Below, piece by piece: positions 59,040 to 64,000 of a stretch of 64,000 nucleotides of DNA. The translations under genes and the position numbers were made by a program. The stretch is from Candidatus Hermodarchaeota archaeon (GTDB lineage: Archaea > Asgardarchaeota > Lokiarchaeia > Sigyniarchaeales > SOKP01). The notes beneath the pieces were generated by a model that did no database searches, was not told where the DNA came from, and worked only from the letters and a program-made list of their open reading frames with translations. Every line of letters begins with the position of its first letter. The first letter of the stretch is position 1. The stretch is taken from assembly GCA_048885525.1 (NCBI GenBank), contig JBHLLP010000004.1:1-64000 (forward strand), written 5' to 3'.

Positions 59040-59244
59040 TTTTTTAAATAATTTTTTTCTTATTTAATTTTTAGTATTAATATAGATTTTAAGATAAATT
59101 CATATTGATTTTAGGTATAAATTCTTATAATATGTAATAATTCCTAAGTTTGAATAAGTGTGAGATACTTAAATTTAGAAAAATTTATAGTTTATCCTAT
59201 TTTTTAATATATCATCAACTATTCAATTCTAATTTTCATATAAT

Positions 59245-59526
59245 ATGACAAAGAAGGTTGGCATAACAGGAAAATACGGTGCAAGATATGGAAGCACACT
59301 AAGGAAAAGAACTCGTATTATTCTAGAAAAGATGAAAGGAGATATAACATGTCCAAGGTGTATAACCAAAGGTTCTATTTCTAGAATTTCAACAGGTATT
59401 TGGCATTGTAAAAAATGCAACGCACGATTTACGGGAGGAGCTTATGATATAGAAACTCCCCGAGGTGTGGAATCTTTCAGAATAGCAAAACGCAAGCAAC
59501 GTGAGCTAGAAATAACTGAAGAATAA
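59245..59526 (+). CDS. rpl37ae: 50S ribosomal protein eL43 (L37ae)
   Basis: KKVGITGKYGARYGSTLRK, CPRC, GIWHCKKC, FTGGAY. Confidence 0.97.
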   Translation: MTKKVGITGKYGARYGSTLRKRTRIILEKMKGDITCPRCITKGSISRISTGIWHCKKCNARFTGGAYDIETPRGVESFRIAKRKQRELEITEE

Positions 59527-59798
59527 TGAGCAATAATAAATATTTTTCAATAAATTCATCAATAGAATTTAAATTTGAATCTTCTAAAATAAGAGATATT
59601 TCATACAACTCATTTTTACCAGAGTTTAAAAAATTACAAACTAAACGATCCCAAATTTCTATGGAAAAAATGAATGATAAGCGCATAGTATTTGTGATAA
59701 TAAGCAATGATATCACTGCTTTTCGTGCTTCTGTCAATGAAATCATTAGCTTTGGGAAAGTGATAACGAATTCGTTGAAAATAGTTGATAATTCATAG
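59526..59798 (+). CDS. pcc1: KEOPS subunit Pcc1-like
   Basis: SFLPE...RSQI...ISNDITAFRASVN; conserved position between eL43 and prefoldin beta. Confidence 0.8.
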   Translation: MSNNKYFSINSSIEFKFESSKIRDISYNSFLPEFKKLQTKRSQISMEKMNDKRIVFVIISNDITAFRASVNEIISFGKVITNSLKIVDNS

Positions 59799-59865
59799 AA
59801 AAGAATATATTATTTGTAATATGAAATACAATATTAAAGAACATACCTAAATTGATAGAATTATT

Positions 59866-60219
59866 ATGACAATCAATCTCGATAATTTGAACGAAGAACA
59901 AAAAAATAAATTAATAAATCTTAACAATTTACAGCAATCTTTTGAATTTATTACATCTCAAAGATTACAAGTTGAGAGTACGTTAAGAGAAACTGAGTTA
60001 GCAATTGAGGAATTAGAGAAAATAAATTCTGAAGAAGCTGTTTATAAAGCTATCGGAGGAATCTTGGTAAAAAGTGAAAAAAATAAGCTTTTAGATGAGA
60101 AGAAATCTCTTAAAGTTACACTTGAGATGCGTTTAAAGACTTTAAAACAAAAGGAAGAACGAGTTAAATCCCAAATTGAAACTATGAGGAAATCCCTTCA
60201 AGCAGATTTTCAAAAATAA
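59866..60219 (+). CDS. pfdB: prefoldin beta subunit
   Basis: LRETELAIEELEK...VYKAIGGILVK. Confidence 0.93.
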   Translation: MTINLDNLNEEQKNKLINLNNLQQSFEFITSQRLQVESTLRETELAIEELEKINSEEAVYKAIGGILVKSEKNKLLDEKKSLKVTLEMRLKTLKQKEERVKSQIETMRKSLQADFQK

Positions 60220-60236
60220 AATTCAAAGAAAGTTTT

Positions 60237-61244
60237 ATGTTGAAATACAGATTTGATAATTTTTTAGCTTTCTTAAATAATAAAAATATCATAATTATAA
60301 CTCATGATTTAGTAGATATTGATGGTTTAGTCTCTTGTTTTACCTTAAGATATTTTTTAAAACAATACTTTAAAAAACAGAAGATAACTATATATTTTTC
60401 AGAATTCACTAAATCAGCAAAAAATTATTTTTATAAGATAACTGAAAAGTTTCCTGAATTCGATTTTTCTTATGATAAAACCTTCCCTATTTCTAGTAAT
60501 GACGTTGTATTAATATTGGATACAAATAATCCAAACCAAATTGAATTAAATACTAATTTGAATATCTTCAACTTAAATATTCCTCTTATATATATTGATC
60601 ATCATTATCTAGGGGAAAAATCAGAAAACGATAGTTTCGAAACATCAAGTCTAATATTTGAAAATTATTCCTCAACATCAGAGATAATATTAGACCTTTA
60701 TGACCTTTACAACGTACCACTCACCATTCCTTTAAAAATCCTTATGATTACAGCAATAATAACTGATTCAGGCTTTTTTAAACACGGAAGCAATAAAACG
60801 ATTCAAAATGTAAGTAAACTAATTGGTGAGGACATAAACATTCAAGATGTTTTTTTATTATTAAAAAATGAAACGGATATATCAGAAAAAATCGCTAAAA
60901 TTAAAGGTATGCAGAGAGTAAAGTTAATAAGAGAGCAAGATTTTTTAATTGGAATTACAAATGTCAGCAGTTATGGGGCAAGCGTAGCCACTATGTTAAT
61001 TAAATTGGGATTTGACATTGCGATTGTTCTCTCAAAAGAAGTAGATCAATATAGAATTAACACACGCGCCAAAAAAGTAATTTGTTTAAATACAGGATTA
61101 CACTTAGGAAAAGTTTTAGAAGAAATCTCAAAAAATTGCAATGGAAATGGTGGTGGACATAATGGTGCAGCATCTATAACCATAAATAAGGAACCAGATA
61201 CAATAATCAATTACATTATTGAAAAAATTAAGAATTATATTTAA
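60237..61244 (+). CDS. DHH family phosphoesterase
   Basis: THDLVDIDG, ILDT, IDHH, TDSG, GGGHNGAA. Confidence 0.92.
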   Translation: MLKYRFDNFLAFLNNKNIIIITHDLVDIDGLVSCFTLRYFLKQYFKKQKITIYFSEFTKSAKNYFYKITEKFPEFDFSYDKTFPISSNDVVLILDTNNPNQIELNTNLNIFNLNIPLIYIDHHYLGEKSENDSFETSSLIFENYSSTSEIILDLYDLYNVPLTIPLKILMITAIITDSGFFKHGSNKTIQNVSKLIGEDINIQDVFLLLKNETDISEKIAKIKGMQRVKLIREQDFLIGITNVSSYGASVATMLIKLGFDIAIVLSKEVDQYRINTRAKKVICLNTGLHLGKVLEEISKNCNGNGGGHNGAASITINKEPDTIINYIIEKIKNYI

Positions 61245-61306
61245 TCTAAGTTTTAAATAATCAATCATTATAAGAGAACAAAATCTGTAATGAATTAAAT
61301 CTCACC

Positions 61307-62146
61307 ATGGATTTGGCAAGATTTGAGAGTTTTTATTTTCGTTATAAAGGAAATGAAGAATATGCTCTAAATAATATTAATTTAAAAATTGAAAATAATG
61401 ACTCTAAATTTATTTTATTAGCCGGTGAAACTGGTTCCGGGAAAACTTCATTAATTAGATGTATGAATGGTTTAATTCCGCAATTTTATAGTGGTTTTTA
61501 TAGAGGGAAAGTAGAGATACAAGGAAAAAATACGACTGAAACACCTATAGCAGATTTATCTACTGACGTAGGAATAGTATTTCAAAATCCAGAAAATCAA
61601 TTAATATCTATGAATGTTGAACATGAAATTGCTTTTGGATTAGAGAATTTAGGCTTTCCATCAAAAGAGATTTCAAATCGAATAAATGAAACTGCTTCAT
61701 TAACCGAAATTGAACATATTCTAGATAAAGCTCCTTTTGAGTTGAGTGGTGGTGAACAACAACGAGTTGCAATAGCATCGATTTTAGTATTAGAACCTAA
61801 AATTTTAATTCTAGATGAACCCACTGCTTTACTCGACCCTTATATGGCCAAAAAAATAATAAATTTGCTTCAAGAGATTCGAAGAGAGAAAAAAATAACA
61901 ATTATAATAAGCGAACATCGTCTTGATTTAATTTTACCTTTCACAGAACAAATAATTTTAATGAAGAAAGGCAGTATTATTAGACACGATTCTTGCGAAA
62001 AAGTCATAAATGGAGATGATTTTCAAAGATTAAGATTAAATAAACCTGTTATTTTCTCAATCTTTCATCAGCTCAAAAAAGAAAATTTATTTAATAAAAA
62101 TATCCCCATTTCCATTTCAGAAGCAATAAAATCTTTAAAATCTTAA
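61307..62146 (+). CDS. ECF transporter ATPase A
   Basis: GETGSGKT, VFQNPENQ, LSGGEQQR, LDEPT, SEH. Confidence 0.93.
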   Translation: MDLARFESFYFRYKGNEEYALNNINLKIENNDSKFILLAGETGSGKTSLIRCMNGLIPQFYSGFYRGKVEIQGKNTTETPIADLSTDVGIVFQNPENQLISMNVEHEIAFGLENLGFPSKEISNRINETASLTEIEHILDKAPFELSGGEQQRVAIASILVLEPKILILDEPTALLDPYMAKKIINLLQEIRREKKITIIISEHRLDLILPFTEQIILMKKGSIIRHDSCEKVINGDDFQRLRLNKPVIFSIFHQLKKENLFNKNIPISISEAIKSLKS

Positions 62147-62157
62147 TTATTAATTGG

Positions 62158-63024
62158 TTGATTACAAAAATGGTCATAGATAATCCTTTGATTATGATGA
62201 GAGAAATTGGATATAGATATCCAAATGGAACTAAGGCTTTAAAAAATATAAATTTAAATATCTTTAGAGGAGAGCTAATTGGAATAATGGGAAAAAATGG
62301 AGCTGGTAAAACAAGTCTCATTCGAACCTTAAATGGCTTAATTAGGCCAATACAAGGTAATATTTATATTAAAAACGAAAATATTAATTCTAAAAGTATA
62401 GCAACTTTATCTAAAATAGTAGGAATTATTTTTCAAAATCCGTTCCATCAACTTTTTGCAAATTCAGTTGAAGAAGAAATCAACTTTTCTTTAAGAAGCT
62501 TAAATCTAAATAAAGAAGAAATTCAAAAAAAAATTGATCAAATCCTCCATGAATTTGATCTTGAGAAGTATAGAAAGCGATCTCCTCTCAACTTATCTGG
62601 AGGAGAGTCTAAAAAGCTTGCAATTGCTTCAATAATTTGTAGAGATCCTGAAATTCTGATTTTCGATGAACCCACATTAGGTCAAGATGCGAAAGAAATT
62701 GAATTTTTTATTAACTTAATTAATAATGAAAGAAAAAAAGATAAAACTATAATCATAATTACTCATAATATTGAATTTGCTTATGAATACATACCTCGGA
62801 CAATTCTAATGACGGAAGGTCACATTATTGCAGATGGACCGACAAAAGAAGTATTGAATAACAGTCTTTTAATAGAAAAAACATCACTAATTTTACCTCA
62901 AATTTGTCAATTCAATTTAGCATTACAACAGTTAAACTTGCAGTTAGATAATAAAATTTCTTCAAAGAATGATATGATCGATTATCTAAGGAATCTAATA
63001 AAAAATAAATCTTTAAAAATTTAA
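62158..63024 (+). CDS. ECF transporter ATPase A'
   Basis: GKNGAGKT, FQNP.HQLF, LSGGE, FDEPT.GQD, ITH. Confidence 0.93.
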   Translation: MITKMVIDNPLIMMREIGYRYPNGTKALKNINLNIFRGELIGIMGKNGAGKTSLIRTLNGLIRPIQGNIYIKNENINSKSIATLSKIVGIIFQNPFHQLFANSVEEEINFSLRSLNLNKEEIQKKIDQILHEFDLEKYRKRSPLNLSGGESKKLAIASIICRDPEILIFDEPTLGQDAKEIEFFINLINNERKKDKTIIIITHNIEFAYEYIPRTILMTEGHIIADGPTKEVLNNSLLIEKTSLILPQICQFNLALQQLNLQLDNKISSKNDMIDYLRNLIKNKSLKI

Positions 63025-63039
63025 GAGGAATATAAATAA

Positions 63040-63807
63040 ATGTCATTGGAATTTTTAAATGCTTTTAAATTCATGAAAAAGGCAAGCTTCCTACATAATT
63101 TAGACCCACGAGCAAAATTAATATTCTCGATTATATATACGATAAGTGCGTTATTATTCACACAAATTATACCGTTAATTTTTATTTTTTTGAGTTTAAT
63201 TCCATTGGTTCTTGTAGGAAAATTATTTAGGCAATGGGTTAAAAGCATCCGAGGTTTATCATTCTTGGTTCTTTTCATAATTATTTTAAATACCTTATTC
63301 ATTTCCTTGTCATTTGCTATAGCAATGATATTAAGAATATATATCATGGTGTCGGCTTTTTCAATCTTTTTTTTAACTGTCGATCCAAATGATTTAGCAC
63401 TATCCTTGATTTCAATGAAATTACCATATGAATTTGCTTTTTCATTCTCATTAGCTTTTAGATTTGTCCCCACTATCGCAATTGAGGCTCAAAATATATT
63501 GGAAGCTCAACAAAGTAGGGGATATGAAATGCAAAAGAAAGGTCTTATTAATCAAATAAAAAATCTTTTTCCACTTTTAATTCCATTGATAATCAATTCA
63601 ATTAAAAGAGCATTTAACGTTGCTGAAGCTCTTGAATCAAGAGCCTTTGGCAGTAGAAAAGAACGCACCTATTATTATAGTATAAGATATTCTTTCAAAG
63701 ACTATATTTTTACTCTTTATTTATTAGCATTTCTAATAATTGTAATTATTGTTAGAGTTCAATTTAATTCGATGCCTGATTTTCTAATGTGGAGTTTACC
63801 GGTTTGA
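63040..63807 (+). CDS. ecfT: ECF transporter transmembrane component T
   Basis: LHNLDPRAKL, RFVP, AQQSRG, AEALESRAF. Confidence 0.93.
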   Translation: MSLEFLNAFKFMKKASFLHNLDPRAKLIFSIIYTISALLFTQIIPLIFIFLSLIPLVLVGKLFRQWVKSIRGLSFLVLFIIILNTLFISLSFAIAMILRIYIMVSAFSIFFLTVDPNDLALSLISMKLPYEFAFSFSLAFRFVPTIAIEAQNILEAQQSRGYEMQKKGLINQIKNLFPLLIPLIINSIKRAFNVAEALESRAFGSRKERTYYYSIRYSFKDYIFTLYLLAFLIIVIIVRVQFNSMPDFLMWSLPV

Positions 63808-64000
63808 TAGTTAAAGAATTTAATATTGAAGCTTTAAATTTGCACTTTTTTGTTGGGATTAATCAAATTAAAATAAATTTTGATGAGTTTTTAGATTTTT
63901 ATAATATTGATAATGAAAAAGAGATTTTAAATCGATTTTTTAAGCTTATTGATGAAATCCAAAACAAAAATAAAAATTCTGTAATACAATTTATTAAAGA
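63804..64000 (+). CDS. 5' part of a gene running off the right edge (possibly KEOPS Cgi121-like)
   Basis: TTG overlapping the ecfT stop; MIVKEFNIEALNLHFFVGINQ...NSVIQFIK, open to the window end. Confidence 0.45.
   Translation, partial: MIVKEFNIEALNLHFFVGINQIKINFDEFLDFYNIDNEKEILNRFFKLIDEIQNKNKNSVIQFIK

Noticed and set aside
1624-63473. Many short antisense or alternative-frame ORFs in the track (e.g. 1624, 2436, 7330, 12145, 13842, 16245, 23824, 28616, 31674, 33273, 34346, 39231, 44167, 56964, 57783, 58706, 63021)
   Set aside because: Shadows of well-supported genes, with no recognisable motifs
1-64000. CRISPR array, rRNA, IS elements
   Set aside because: No regularly spaced repeats, rRNA-like GC-rich tracts or transposase ORFs observed

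Overview
AT-rich archaeal chromosomal window, most likely from an Asgard archaeon of the Lokiarchaeia type. This assignment is an inference from archaeal information-processing genes together with Loki-style proteins (Loki-CTERM/Ig-like fragment, longin-like and profilin-like proteins). Core content: pelota, Elf1, SmAP3-type Lsm, HypB, archaeal SAM synthetase, RNase HII, fibrillarin/Nop5, PyrD/PyrK, Elp3, GatE/GatD, uL2, a TFB paralog, four tRNAs (three with introns), the proteasome-alpha/SBDS/exosome/eL43/Pcc1/prefoldin cluster and an ECF transporter. Three highlights. (1) rnhB is split inside its catalytic DEAGRG motif by a 30-nt stop-containing insert that folds as a bulge-helix-bulge (BHB) and has the same length and geometry as two T-loop tRNA introns in this window, making it a candidate endonuclease-spliced mRNA intron. 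(2) A set of candidate actin regulators: an unannotated 50-aa WH2-like microprotein, a BAR-like protein next to a coiled-coil/polyproline/VASP-like protein, and a profilin-like protein. (3) An 8-gene operon with a catalytically degenerate SMC-like protein, a kite (NSE1/NSE3-MAGE)-like protein, several winged-helix proteins and an AAA ATPase. Several genes appear to need CTG or ATT start codons. No CRISPR array, rRNA or transposase was seen. All family calls are from motif recognition by eye; no database search was run.
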